A DNA stretch of 39,041 nt, taken from positions 128,001-167,041 of the IMG/VR virus record IMGVR_UViG_3300038379_000173; one strand, 5' to 3'. Numbering within the stretch: position 1 is the first letter of the stretch; the number at the start of each line of letters is the position of its first letter. Of the stretch, positions 1 to 9,769 are shown piece after piece. A program made the translations under genes and the position numbers. Origin of the DNA: a virus (lineage: Duplodnaviria; Heunggongvirae; Uroviricota; Caudoviricetes). The notes beneath the pieces are model-generated. The model saw only the letters and a list, made by a program, of their open reading frames with translations, had not been told where the DNA came from and ran no database searches.

Positions 1-394
1 CGACATAAGACCTAGTTTGGACTAACGACTCTCTGACTTTAACCTCAAGCTCAGGCGTCCAATAGCAGAAACCGTTGCGTAAAGCTAATGATTCCCTTTG
101 CGAACGAGATATACCAAGTTCCAATAAGCGATTTGTTATTGTGCCGTGTGCTACATTAAAATGTGCAGCTAATTCTAAGGTCGAGTATTCCTCCTCGAGA
201 TACAGTCTGGCCAACTCGCCTTTATCTATTCTTCTTTCTCGAGTTGAATTGCGTCCTTTTCGTGGTAAGTCGTATTTCTTGAAGGCTTTTATTAGTCCGC
301 TTGGAGTATATCCATATTTTTGTCCGGCAACCTCCAATGAAATGTTGTTTGACATGTAGTATGCGTGAATTTCTTTTGCTTTTTCTAATTCCAT
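1..394 (-). CDS. Partial HTH-repeat protein, possibly the N-terminus of a free-standing homing endonuclease (runs off the window)
   Basis: Not in the ORF track. Hand translation from ATG 394 (AAGGA upstream) is open to base 1: MELEKAKEIHAYYMSNNISLEVAGQKYGYTPSGLIKAFKKYDL...LARLYLEEEYSTLELAAHFNVAHGTITNRLLELGI, two HTH-like units. Confidence 0.6.
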   Translation of the reverse strand, partial: MELEKAKEIHAYYMSNNISLEVAGQKYGYTPSGLIKAFKKYDLPRKGRNSTRERRIDKGELARLYLEEEYSTLELAAHFNVAHGTITNRLLELGISRSQRESLALRNGFCYWTPELEVKVRESLVQTRSYV

Positions 395-471
395 CTGAAA
401 ATCCTTTGCAGAAAGAGGGGGAGCCTCCTGCCAAAACATTATTTATCCACCCATAATAACTCATATAAGTT

Positions 472-500
472 AAAAAAGCCGAGAAATAAACTCGGCTTCT
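472..500 (-). terminator. Intrinsic terminator after the major capsid gene
   Basis: Minus strand AAGCCGAG-TTTATTT-CTCGGCTT followed by more T, about 30 nt past the capsid stop codon. Confidence 0.8.
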
Positions 501-530
501 TTAAGAGAAAGAGAGGAAGCTGAAGCAACC

Positions 531-1541
531 TTAGAAGGTTGCGAGCATAACGCGCCTATTATCAAGAATTCCGAAACCTAATGATAACCATCCGTAAATT
601 CCAGCGCGCTGTTGACGATGAAGAGTCGGGTCATCGAATGTCGCAAGCTCCTGGCGGATTGGTTGAACGAACGAATCGTTAGTTGAAAGGTCCAGTCCAA
701 CGACAAATTCTTGGTCTGTTGCATCGACGGCTGTAACGCTACGGCCGAGAATGTTTGTCAGATAAAGTTGATATTCCTGACCAACACCAAATTCAGTCAT
801 AAAGTGTAGATTTGTGCCGTAAAGACGAGCCATACCGTCTGTCGCGTTGAGAATTTCGCGACGAGTAACGTCGTCAATTTCTGAGATGTCATATGCACGA
901 ATGTCTTCGCGAGCTTCCATGGAGAGATAAACATCTGTGAGACGGCCAGCATTACCATTTCCGCCAGCGTTACGAGTTATAGCTGTTTGCATCTTGGCAA
1001 TTAGTTCCTTAGTGAACTGGCCTGCCTGAGCATTAGTGTCAACTACGACCAACCCACGAGCATCGGCCGCGGCAAGGATGACGTGCCAAGCATCCTCATT
1101 AAGTTTCCTAACGAAACCCATCTGATAGACGCGAAGGGCGCGGCCAACAACATCCCAACGAGCTTCACGAGCGTAGCTCAGACTCCAGTCAATACTATTG
1201 GCCACTTGATAGGTTGGAACCCAAAGTTCATCACCTTCAACGTGACGCTCTGGCACGCGACCTTGTTTGGGCAGCACAACAGCGGTGTAGTCCAAGTCCT
1301 CAGTGCCAGGACGTACGAAATCTAGAGGATAATTGGCCTGTGCGCCTGGCGCTAGAACTTCCCGAGCGAAGATTCCGCCATAATTGTCGTCATCAAACAC
1401 CCCCTGACGAAGGGGTGCCTGTAGGGCAGCAGCCATTGCGCGCTGTGCTGGAATGGCAATAGCTGGGTCATCTGACGCAGTAAGGCGTAGCAATTGTTGC
1501 TGTTCAGGCGGAAGTGTGATATAGTTTTTCTTAGCCGTCAT
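531..1541 (-). CDS. Major capsid protein (HK97 fold probable)
   Basis: 336 aa, last gene of portal-protease-decoration-capsid order, GGAGAG RBS, followed by a terminator; C-terminal GIYGWLSLGFGILDNRRV resembles HK97-type capsid ends. Confidence 0.85.
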   Translation of the reverse strand: MTAKKNYITLPPEQQQLLRLTASDDPAIAIPAQRAMAAALQAPLRQGVFDDDNYGGIFAREVLAPGAQANYPLDFVRPGTEDLDYTAVVLPKQGRVPERHVEGDELWVPTYQVANSIDWSLSYAREARWDVVGRALRVYQMGFVRKLNEDAWHVILAAADARGLVVVDTNAQAGQFTKELIAKMQTAITRNAGGNGNAGRLTDVYLSMEAREDIRAYDISEIDDVTRREILNATDGMARLYGTNLHFMTEFGVGQEYQLYLTNILGRSVTAVDATDQEFVVGLDLSTNDSFVQPIRQELATFDDPTLHRQQRAGIYGWLSLGFGILDNRRVMLATF

Positions 1542-1553
1542 GTTCTCTCCTAA

Positions 1554-2003
1554 TTAGGCGATATCAAGGCGAATTTTAGCAAAGCCATTCGCGTTGAGTG
1601 CGCTGAGGAAGATACCAACTTGTGGGGCCGCAGTAATACCATCTGTGAGTTGAGTTGGCGAGACTGTACCATTAACATTTAGATAGGCTTGGTCGCCAGC
1701 CGCAGGCGTACCAGTCACGCGGTCAGTCCAGAACTCGCCTTCGTCGGCCAGACTAACAATGGAGCCAACATCTACAACATTACGCTGTAGATATTCACCA
1801 TGACGGTCATAGTTCATATCCTCAACATCATCCAATAGGATGCCGATGGGTTGAACGTTGGCGCCAGTGGGACTAGTAACAGCTACTTCACCGACAGCCG
1901 TGGTGCCTGGAATAATACTCACGATAACACCACACTCTTGAACGGCATTAAGCGCGAAATCAATATTCGTGGCAGCTACTTGACGACCTGGAGCTAAAGC
2001 CAT
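1554..2003 (-). CDS. Probable capsid decoration/cement protein
   Basis: 149 aa, G/V/A-rich and beta-type, between scaffold and capsid; GGAGG RBS. Confidence 0.65.
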   Translation of the reverse strand: MALAPGRQVAATNIDFALNAVQECGVIVSIIPGTTAVGEVAVTSPTGANVQPIGILLDDVEDMNYDRHGEYLQRNVVDVGSIVSLADEGEFWTDRVTGTPAAGDQAYLNVNGTVSPTQLTDGITAAPQVGIFLSALNANGFAKIRLDIA

Positions 2004-2016
2004 TGTTGCCTCCTAC

Positions 2017-3594
2017 TTATTTCTTTTTGCTGAGCATTTGCTCAACCAACGGAGCATATGCTTTAACGATATCGTCACCGCTGAACTTTACTTCATTACC
2101 AGCGGGTACTTTTTCTGAAGCTTTGACGTGATTGAGAACAGCAGAAAGGTCTTCGGTATGTGTTTTAGGAGCTAGGGCGTCCTTAACCGAGGCAGCAACT
2201 TTTTCGTCTACCCCAAGAAGGGTAGCAAGTTGCTTAAGCTTTTCGCCAGCGTCCTCTTTCTTCTCTTCCTTCTTCTCTTCTTTTTTCTTCTCGTCTTCTT
2301 TTTCCATGAAGTTAGACTTTGAAACATCCACGAGAGTGGCTAGGACACTGTCAAATGAAGCATCGTCTAACGACTTAGTTGACGTGAGTAGAGCGTCGCG
2401 CTTTGATTTCTTTTGTTCATCTGAAAGCTTTAGAGTAGCGAGCGCAGCATCAATTTTAGATGCGCGCACGGCATGGCGCGCTTGCTCCTCCATCGCCGCA
2501 ACTTTCTCAAGAGCCGCCTTGAATTTCCCTTGAAGCTCCACGGCAGCTTTCTTGTCTTCCTCAATAAAGGAAGCTAGGACAGTGAAAAAGTTTTCTGGAT
2601 TATCCTTGGATACTTTAGCACCCAACCCTGGGAGGGTTGTCTCAAGTTGCTGGAAACCCTTGGCTAGCACAATTTTAAGAGTCTCACTTGCTTTAGAAGC
2701 ATCAGCCAACTTAGCAGTAAGCTCAGCAACCGTTTTTTCGGTAGCGGCCAACTGTGCCTGGACGGCCGTTAGTTCGCTCTTTTCAACTGGCTTCTCAACT
2801 GTCATATTAATCCCTTTCGATGCTACAGTAAGATAACCCAAATTCCCTACAGTGTGTTGCAAAATCTTATCGTCTTGGGCAGCAGTAGCACTTATTGGTT
2901 CTTGTGAAACATTCATTATAATAGAAGGTTCGTTGGCTGGTCTTGCGACAATACCCTTGCCGCCAAAAGTAAGACCGCGCAGTACTCTGCGCACCCTACT
3001 ATTCTCATATACACCATTACCACCAAGCGCTCTAAGATGGTTGTCTAAAAACGCGGTTGCGGTATTACGTGCGACAATACGGTCGCCTACCAAATAATCA
3101 TAGTTTTTGAACCAAACTTCCATTGAAACAAACAATGAATTGTCTTGGGCGGCCTTACTTATTCTTGCCGCAGTATTTGGATAAAGACCGCGCCATATAA
3201 CCGCTTCGTCAACTATATGGAAAAAGTGAGGAGGAGTAGAGTCATCTTGAATAGGAACGCCGTCGCCATCTATGGTATATGTATCATACATAACACCAAT
3301 AGTTTGATTGTCCACGACGACTTGACCAGGCGCTCGCGCCTGTTCATCTGGTGAAAGTTCACGTCCGCTTGAATGTTCCCAGTTGACGGGTTTGTACGCC
3401 GGAGTATGACGCGCCGGCCATAATTCCTCTGGGAGAAATACGTCGTCGTTACCATTCCAACCGGCGCTAACTAACAGGGAGCGCATAAAAAGTAAATCTG
3501 GTTGCGAGGTCGGAGTGGCAGTAGCAATCGCCTTAGACGGATGTCTGAGGGTATCTGTTAATTGTGCTGCTACCAAAAGAGTTATGCGTTCCAT
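2017..3594 (-). CDS. Prohead protease-scaffold fusion
   Basis: N-terminal half with NGNDDVF, PVNWEH, VSMEVWF, FGGKGIVARPAN (phage maturation-protease-like); C-terminal half K/E/A-rich coiled coil; canonical position. Confidence 0.75.
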   Translation of the reverse strand: MERITLLVAAQLTDTLRHPSKAIATATPTSQPDLLFMRSLLVSAGWNGNDDVFLPEELWPARHTPAYKPVNWEHSSGRELSPDEQARAPGQVVVDNQTIGVMYDTYTIDGDGVPIQDDSTPPHFFHIVDEAVIWRGLYPNTAARISKAAQDNSLFVSMEVWFKNYDYLVGDRIVARNTATAFLDNHLRALGGNGVYENSRVRRVLRGLTFGGKGIVARPANEPSIIMNVSQEPISATAAQDDKILQHTVGNLGYLTVASKGINMTVEKPVEKSELTAVQAQLAATEKTVAELTAKLADASKASETLKIVLAKGFQQLETTLPGLGAKVSKDNPENFFTVLASFIEEDKKAAVELQGKFKAALEKVAAMEEQARHAVRASKIDAALATLKLSDEQKKSKRDALLTSTKSLDDASFDSVLATLVDVSKSNFMEKEDEKKKEEKKEEKKEDAGEKLKQLATLLGVDEKVAASVKDALAPKTHTEDLSAVLNHVKASEKVPAGNEVKFSGDDIVKAYAPLVEQMLSKKK

Positions 3595-3615
3595 AGTCCC
3601 CTACTAACAATACAC

Positions 3616-3990
3616 TTATTCTTCGGATTTTTTAGGCCGACCACCTTTTTTCTTATCCTTTTGTTTTCCGACCTTTTGGGTACTGAAATCAATCGGGGGC
3701 TCAGACTTGATTTGCTTGACAACAGGAGCGACGTTCTTATCTAATGTTTCCTGTGCGTTAAGGTCATTAACAATCGGCGCACCCTCGAATTGTGCAATGT
3801 CGCGTTTTTCCTGTAACGTCACAATGTTGCGAGGTTTAGCAACCACAGGGGTGTTTTTTGTTTGGTCAACAGTTGGTGGAGTAGCAGACTGCAGCCGTGA
3901 GCTTTCCAATGCTACTATATGACGATGTTTCTTCCGTGCGTTTAGTTTAGGACTAAGCATATCATGCACACGACGTTTTCCAATTGGCAT
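3616..3990 (-). CDS. Hypothetical basic protein in head operon
   Basis: 124 aa ORF packed between portal and protease, AGGAG RBS. Confidence 0.65.
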   Translation of the reverse strand: MPIGKRRVHDMLSPKLNARKKHRHIVALESSRLQSATPPTVDQTKNTPVVAKPRNIVTLQEKRDIAQFEGAPIVNDLNAQETLDKNVAPVVKQIKSEPPIDFSTQKVGKQKDKKKGGRPKKSEE

Positions 3991-3992
3991 TT

Positions 3993-6125
3993 TTAAATCT
4001 CCTGCGCTATGGCCGCTGCCATCGCATCAATAAGTGGGAGTGTTTGACGATTTGAGCTAAAAGTTGCGGCTAGACTTTCCTTGATATGATTATAGGTTAG
4101 AAGCACCCTTTGAACATCTTCTACCAAAAAAACATCCTGCCTATAAAGATGACTACCGACCACACAAGTCATCTCATCAATACCATCGACTTCGCCTAAA
4201 ACGCTAACAAGTAAGTCACGCAAACTCATTAGATGAGCCTTCACGCGCGCCATCCCTTTGGGTTTCGTCACCCTCTTTTTCTTTTGTGGAATACCTTTGG
4301 AGTTTTTAGGTCGCCCATTCAACCCACCTTTTTTAGCAGGCGGTCCACCTGGCAAAACAGGTGCATTCTGTTCCTCTTGTTCCTCTAAGGTAAGCATAGG
4401 GTCTGTGTAGGGTCCATGTTTCTCCAACAGGCCCTCTTTTTCGCGTATGGCCTGTTCCTTGCGCATACGCGCTAATTCAATTTCAAAATCCTCACCAAAA
4501 GTATCAAGGACTGCCTCGATAGAAATAACATTGCGGTCAAGTAGTCCAAGGATAAGTTGCTTTTCTGCTGTCTCATCCCTAAGAGACATCTTGCCGAAAC
4601 GAACAGTCGGGAGACGTTTATGTCCAAGCGTTGTGGAGATGATTTTGAATTGCTCATAAAGCCATTCGAGAACGGCCGAACGTCCTTCTTCTAGACGTTC
4701 AAGGAGTGTGCGAACACCTAGGAAGCCAACAGAGAAATTGCTACTACTGCCGCCCAAAAGAACATCTGGGATGCCCAAACCGCGCAAGATGTCTTTATCA
4801 ACACTTTCATATTTAGCATGATTTAGTATTTTATCAACTGGCGGATAATTACTCTCGATAGAGATTGCATCGTTCCACACCATAGACATCGCTTGGGTTG
4901 GCGTGCGTAGTAACTCAGAAAATTTAGCTAAATGCTCTGGTTTGGGAATAATACCTTCTTCGACACGTCCAAGCTTAAAGATAGTCACAGCATTTATAAT
5001 GCTATTGCAAACACTAATATCCATCTGACGCATTTTGTTTTTGAAGAAAATGTCTGCCATGACTGGCCATAGAAGTGGGTCTGCCCAATCTTCGTGGTCA
5101 TCCTTCATATAGTGAAGCGTCCACAATTTAGATTGGTCCAACTCTACAGAACGACCATCTTGCACTTCACCAGCCGGCCGTTCTTTTATATCCTTGTCTA
5201 GAAGTTGAATGAATTCAGGCGGCAAGTTACAATCACTTTCTTCAAGAAAATCAACGAGGCCGTCTACATTAGTATTAATACGTGTACCGTTTTTAATCTC
5301 ACTAACGGTTTCGTTGTCGAGCATGAATACCCAGCGCGAAGCACCAAAGAATTTACTACCTCTAAGTTCCATTTGAAATGGATTGAGAAGTGTATATCGC
5401 CATGGGATTTGGCGTTCTAATAGAGACTTCTTTGACTCGTCATCAGCCTGCTTTTCTCTTGTCGGAGCTTCTGGGTCATTAGTATCACCCAAAGAGATAT
5501 TAAATCCCTCTATAGAACCATCTGGTGCATATGAAATTGCGCGCGAACGTTTCATTCTATCGTAAGCACGTTTTTCAATTGTTCCATATGTAGTGTAGAT
5601 GAAAACATTGCAATACTTGTAGTATTGTCTTAGTATATCGTTAACACGCTTTTGTAAGCCGACGTGGGCGGCCCAACGTTGATAAAATCTCTCTACAGTC
5701 TCATCTGGATGAGAGATTTTAAGACCCTCTCCGGCAAAGTTTGCCATAAGGTCAATGACATTTTTAGCTACACCGAATCCTTTATAGGCACTAACACACA
5801 TAGCCATTTTATAGTGAGCTAATTTTGTTGCATGGTGTACGGCAGCATTACTACCCTGTATTCCGAGTGTATATGACGGACTACCAATAAAACCAAGTGG
5901 GTTTGGATTACTTTGATTACGATGTTGTGATGAATCAAACAGTCCAAATGGATTTAAAAGTGGGTTTAGACCAAAATCGTTCAAACCAAAATTATGCCCA
6001 ACGTCACCAGGATAATTGACCCCGCGTCGTTGTATATCAAAAGCGGCAGCACTCGCGCCTTGATTTGCTTCAAGGCACGAAGCAACAGATTGATTGTAAG
6101 TGTCTAAATCTGGTTTGTCTGTCAT
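3993..6125 (-). CDS. Portal protein
   Basis: 710 aa; position between terminase and protease; KNVIDLMANF, LGIPDVLLGG and VRFGKMSLRDE segments typical of portals. Confidence 0.8.
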   Translation of the reverse strand: MTDKPDLDTYNQSVASCLEANQGASAAAFDIQRRGVNYPGDVGHNFGLNDFGLNPLLNPFGLFDSSQHRNQSNPNPLGFIGSPSYTLGIQGSNAAVHHATKLAHYKMAMCVSAYKGFGVAKNVIDLMANFAGEGLKISHPDETVERFYQRWAAHVGLQKRVNDILRQYYKYCNVFIYTTYGTIEKRAYDRMKRSRAISYAPDGSIEGFNISLGDTNDPEAPTREKQADDESKKSLLERQIPWRYTLLNPFQMELRGSKFFGASRWVFMLDNETVSEIKNGTRINTNVDGLVDFLEESDCNLPPEFIQLLDKDIKERPAGEVQDGRSVELDQSKLWTLHYMKDDHEDWADPLLWPVMADIFFKNKMRQMDISVCNSIINAVTIFKLGRVEEGIIPKPEHLAKFSELLRTPTQAMSMVWNDAISIESNYPPVDKILNHAKYESVDKDILRGLGIPDVLLGGSSSNFSVGFLGVRTLLERLEEGRSAVLEWLYEQFKIISTTLGHKRLPTVRFGKMSLRDETAEKQLILGLLDRNVISIEAVLDTFGEDFEIELARMRKEQAIREKEGLLEKHGPYTDPMLTLEEQEEQNAPVLPGGPPAKKGGLNGRPKNSKGIPQKKKRVTKPKGMARVKAHLMSLRDLLVSVLGEVDGIDEMTCVVGSHLYRQDVFLVEDVQRVLLTYNHIKESLAATFSSNRQTLPLIDAMAAAIAQEI

Positions 6126-6674
6126 TTACCCTTCAACCGGCGTGGAAGTGCCAACATAGCCTAAAAGTTCACCTGAGTTGTTTAATGCCGGCACAGCATA
6201 TACTATACTGCGCTGACGCTCAAAACGAACAAGCATACTAAATATACGTTTTTGTTCAAGCGCTTTTGTCCACTCAGTCAAAACTTTATTTCTCTCGTCA
6301 ATATGAATACCATTAATCCAACCAAAACCACGTGCTTGCTCTGGAAGTAATCCAGCCATCTCTAAATATTTTTTGTTGGCCCACAAACAATTTCCCACTC
6401 CATCGCTTTCCCATAATCCAACAGACATAACCATGGCCGCAGCACGCCTGGCATTCTGTTCTAAAATAAGCCCAGCCTCAATTCGATTAATTGCATCGCG
6501 AAGTGATGCTCCACCGTTTGGACGCAACTCACACATAATATTTTCTATAGAGTCAATTAGGAGAGCAACGCGCTTTATGAAATTCCAAAACGGACGCAAT
6601 ATCTTAACCCAAAACGACCAAATGGCCGCGGCAGCGGCAGCACAGAGGCTAATATAGGTGAGAACTTCAACCAT
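6126..6674 (-). CDS. Membrane-anchored PAS-domain protein
   Basis: Start at ATG 6674 after GGAGG. N-terminal hydrophobic helix, RPNGGASLRDAINRIE coiled segment, then PAS signature LWESDGVGNCLWANKKYLEMAG...GFGWINGIHIDER...GELLGYVGT. Confidence 0.75.
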   Translation of the reverse strand: MVEVLTYISLCAAAAAAIWSFWVKILRPFWNFIKRVALLIDSIENIMCELRPNGGASLRDAINRIEAGLILEQNARRAAAMVMSVGLWESDGVGNCLWANKKYLEMAGLLPEQARGFGWINGIHIDERNKVLTEWTKALEQKRIFSMLVRFERQRSIVYAVPALNNSGELLGYVGTSTPVEG

Positions 6675-6698
6675 ACCTGCCTCCAAGTTACAATACCC

Positions 6699-8555
6699 CT
6701 ATAAGTCGTAAACCCAGCCGCCCATGGGTAACTCAATCATATCTCGCGCTTCAGTAAAATACTGGCGCGCAGCGTGACAAGATAATAATAGAGCACTATA
6801 GCGGTCTTTACGTTGGTATGTCTTAAGAGTTGATTGTTGTGAGGTTGGAAGTTCAGGAAGGTCGAAGTGTTGAACACCGGTTTTAGTTGGAGTTACAACA
6901 ATCATGCACGTCTCGTCTATCTGGTCTGCTATCTCGCTCCAAACGTTATCAACATCTTCGACGTGGGCCAATTGTTCTTTGTCGTATTCTTTATCATCTT
7001 CTGTTGTAAAGCCAATTGTTGTATCTAATGTTCGCATTGGAAATAAAAGCCGGCGATGTTCAATATCGGAAGCCATTCCATAGTTAGCCGGCCCAATCCA
7101 CGTTGGAGAGAAATTAACCATCTCTAAAATATGTAAACCTGGTTTGTTTTTGTGTTCTTCGTTCCCGATGTCCCAAATAAGTTGCTCGCCGCTCTGTAGC
7201 TTCTCTGGGTCTTGTAGAATATCCATCACTGCGTTGCCGCCGCCACCTGCATCCATTGCAATACGAACGATGTTAAACTTTTTCATCAACTCGCGAACTT
7301 TTTTAGTTGCGACAGGCCAACTCTTACCCTTTATAGAGTAGCAATAAACATTCCTGTAGGTTTTTGTATCCGGGTAGAGTTTCAATATACTTATAGCAAA
7401 ATTATCGGTTTTGCGCGCTGGGTCAATACCCATGACATACTCAAAACCTGGTGTGCCGTTTACTTCCACTGGAAATGGCAAGCCTCCACAGGCTTTATGA
7501 CCAGGAGTAGCCATGTTGATAATGGAGCGCTTAAAAAACCCATCTGAATCTGTTGGGAATACACACTCGTATTCCATGGAAAAAAGAGCCTTAGGCATAG
7601 TAACTCGCGCCTGAGCAATCTGCTTTTCGTCCATGAATGATTCTGGTAGTCCATAGTATGGAATTTGTATGATAGCGTAATCGTTGTAGTCTAAATGGCC
7701 GTGTTGTAGTGCTTCTTCGTCAAATAAACTCAAGCGAGCATTAACGTCCAGCGAGCTACCAACGATTTTGTTTTCTATGATGGTCTTGTGGATTGTGTAG
7801 AGCTTGTAGAAATGATTGAATTGGAATGAAGAAGTGCCGCTGTAAACAATCTGGTTGGATTGAGGTTTAGACATCTTCGACACAATGCCGGCCTCTAGTT
7901 CTTTGCGTTCCCTGTGTGTTCGGGCAGCAGCTTCGATAGGGTCAGCACTAACTGCCGCGAAACCTCTCACTACAACTTGTAAAATCTCAGGGTTAATGGA
8001 AGACATTTCGTCACACAGAATACAAGTGGCCCTTAAACCTCTAATCTTCTCACCATTGCCCAGCGGAAGTGCGCGTATTACGGAGTCGCCAACCTTCAAC
8101 ATAACTTGGTCTGGCTGTTTGCTTACACCACCAACACAACATGCCTTAAAAAGGGGGCTACCATTATAAAGTTGTTCGATATAGTCAAAAACCAATTTTG
8201 ATTGACGAAAACCAGCCGAAACAATGACAACTTTACTACCAGGCGTAAGCATGGCGCGCATAGCTGCATAGACCGCCAACATGAAAGTTTTAGAAGCCCC
8301 GCGGCTACCCAATAATATTGGAAAGGTCTTATTCCAAAGAGTCTCTAAAATAACACTTTGGAAGGGAGCTAGACGAAGTGGTTTGCCACGCCACTGTAGA
8401 AGATGATATGCGGCCCAAGTAAGATTCTCTAGGCAGATATCAACGAACTCATCGTATGGATTATCAAAGCGTCCTAAGCGTTGATAAAATGCATTCTGTA
8501 TTATAGCAGAACGTGGTATATCATACTCGATAGGTAATCGTAGAGAATTGTCCAC
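6699..8555 (-). CDS. terL: Terminase large subunit
   Basis: Walker A-like GSRGASKT, IRGLRA, Walker B ILCDE, RNase H-like nuclease motif MGIDPARKTDNFA, C-terminal KDRYSAL. Confidence 0.9.
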   Translation of the reverse strand: MDNSLRLPIEYDIPRSAIIQNAFYQRLGRFDNPYDEFVDICLENLTWAAYHLLQWRGKPLRLAPFQSVILETLWNKTFPILLGSRGASKTFMLAVYAAMRAMLTPGSKVVIVSAGFRQSKLVFDYIEQLYNGSPLFKACCVGGVSKQPDQVMLKVGDSVIRALPLGNGEKIRGLRATCILCDEMSSINPEILQVVVRGFAAVSADPIEAAARTHRERKELEAGIVSKMSKPQSNQIVYSGTSSFQFNHFYKLYTIHKTIIENKIVGSSLDVNARLSLFDEEALQHGHLDYNDYAIIQIPYYGLPESFMDEKQIAQARVTMPKALFSMEYECVFPTDSDGFFKRSIINMATPGHKACGGLPFPVEVNGTPGFEYVMGIDPARKTDNFAISILKLYPDTKTYRNVYCYSIKGKSWPVATKKVRELMKKFNIVRIAMDAGGGGNAVMDILQDPEKLQSGEQLIWDIGNEEHKNKPGLHILEMVNFSPTWIGPANYGMASDIEHRRLLFPMRTLDTTIGFTTEDDKEYDKEQLAHVEDVDNVWSEIADQIDETCMIVVTPTKTGVQHFDLPELPTSQQSTLKTYQRKDRYSALLLSCHAARQYFTEARDMIELPMGGWVYDL

Positions 8556-9025
8556 TATAGTATTCCATCTAAATGATACTGATACAACTTGGCAAAAAGT
8601 CGCCGCACATATTCACGAGCTTTATCTGGCCGACCAGCAAAAATAACATGTAGGTTGTGTTTTACTTGGAGGGAAATTAACTTCCCATGGATGTTATTTG
8701 AGTTTATTTTGGAGAATGCGTAACCTCTGTCAACGTCGGCCAGTGTAGCTTCTATGACCAAATATTTTAATTTGTGAGCCGCCGCACGCTCCAGCTCACG
8801 TAAGAATCTCTCATATGAATCCTGCGGCCCAAGTGTGCCCCAAAGGTCGCCAAGAGTTTTGCGCTCAACCATTATTAGATGTTCGAGACCCTTGATTGCA
8901 TAGTCTCCAACGTCTAATTTAACGCGCTCAACGCCATAACAATTATCAGAAGCTCTGAATTGCCAGCCGGTTCCTTCTTGCTCGCGTGTATCCCGGAGGA
9001 TTGTAAATCTACCCTTAGACTTCAC
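8555..9025 (-). CDS. ERCC4/XPF-family PD-(D/E)xK nuclease
   Basis: DTREQ...KLDVGDY...VERKTLGDL signature. Confidence 0.85.
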   Translation of the reverse strand: MKSKGRFTILRDTREQEGTGWQFRASDNCYGVERVKLDVGDYAIKGLEHLIMVERKTLGDLWGTLGPQDSYERFLRELERAAAHKLKYLVIEATLADVDRGYAFSKINSNNIHGKLISLQVKHNLHVIFAGRPDKAREYVRRLFAKLYQYHLDGIL

Positions 9026-9767
9026 CTAGTAAAAACTGCCTTTTCTTCATATCTTCCTTACATTTTTTTGTCGAATACGCCATTGTGCCGGCCATATCTC
9101 CAACCTCCTGGCGTACCTTCGCGTCCAAGAAAGAGCGCACCAGTGATGACACTGTAACCCTTTGTTCCTCGTCAGTTTTAAGGCGTTGTTCACGCGTAAG
9201 TCGCAATTTTTCGTGGTAGCCCACATATTGTTTCTCAGCCCGCTCCATATCTTGATATAATTGCTGATTAAGTGGCGGCTTAGCGTCTATCGGAGCTTGC
9301 TCATACTCATTCATTTGTTGACGAATAAGTTTGCGCAATCGGACAATGTCTATTTCCTTCATAATCATATTGTGAAGGATATCTTCTTCTTGTGCTTCAA
9401 GCGTATCGAGTGAATCTGAAGTATCGATGAATTTATTTTTGTAATACTCCAACTCAGTGTCTGAAAGCGTTTGTGTAAGCCAAATATATCTTGGGCTTTT
9501 CTCGAATTGTGTACGGTAGAAGGTTAATCGGTCCTCTTTTGAGAGGCGCGCTAGATTGTATGAAGATGGATTTGCAAAAATAGCCCCAATGTGACCCTGG
9601 CTTGCTGGCCGCCCAACTTGCCGAGTCAACCCGAGTTTTTTTCGTCTCCTTTGAACACCGTCAGCTAAGCGGTCGATATGTTGGGCTATTTCCTCGTCAC
9701 TTTTAGTTTCCCAATTCTCCCTTATATAATCATCTTCCCATTCTTCAAATGCGTTAATCTTTGTCAT
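9015..9767 (-). CDS. Probable terminase small subunit / HTH protein
   Basis: N-terminal HTH (SDEEIAQHIDRLADGVQRRRKKLGL), helical C-terminus, two genes upstream of terL. Confidence 0.55.
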   Translation of the reverse strand: MTKINAFEEWEDDYIRENWETKSDEEIAQHIDRLADGVQRRRKKLGLTRQVGRPASQGHIGAIFANPSSYNLARLSKEDRLTFYRTQFEKSPRYIWLTQTLSDTELEYYKNKFIDTSDSLDTLEAQEEDILHNMIMKEIDIVRLRKLIRQQMNEYEQAPIDAKPPLNQQLYQDMERAEKQYVGYHEKLRLTREQRLKTDEEQRVTVSSLVRSFLDAKVRQEVGDMAGTMAYSTKKCKEDMKKRQFLLGEV

Positions 9768-9769
9768 TT

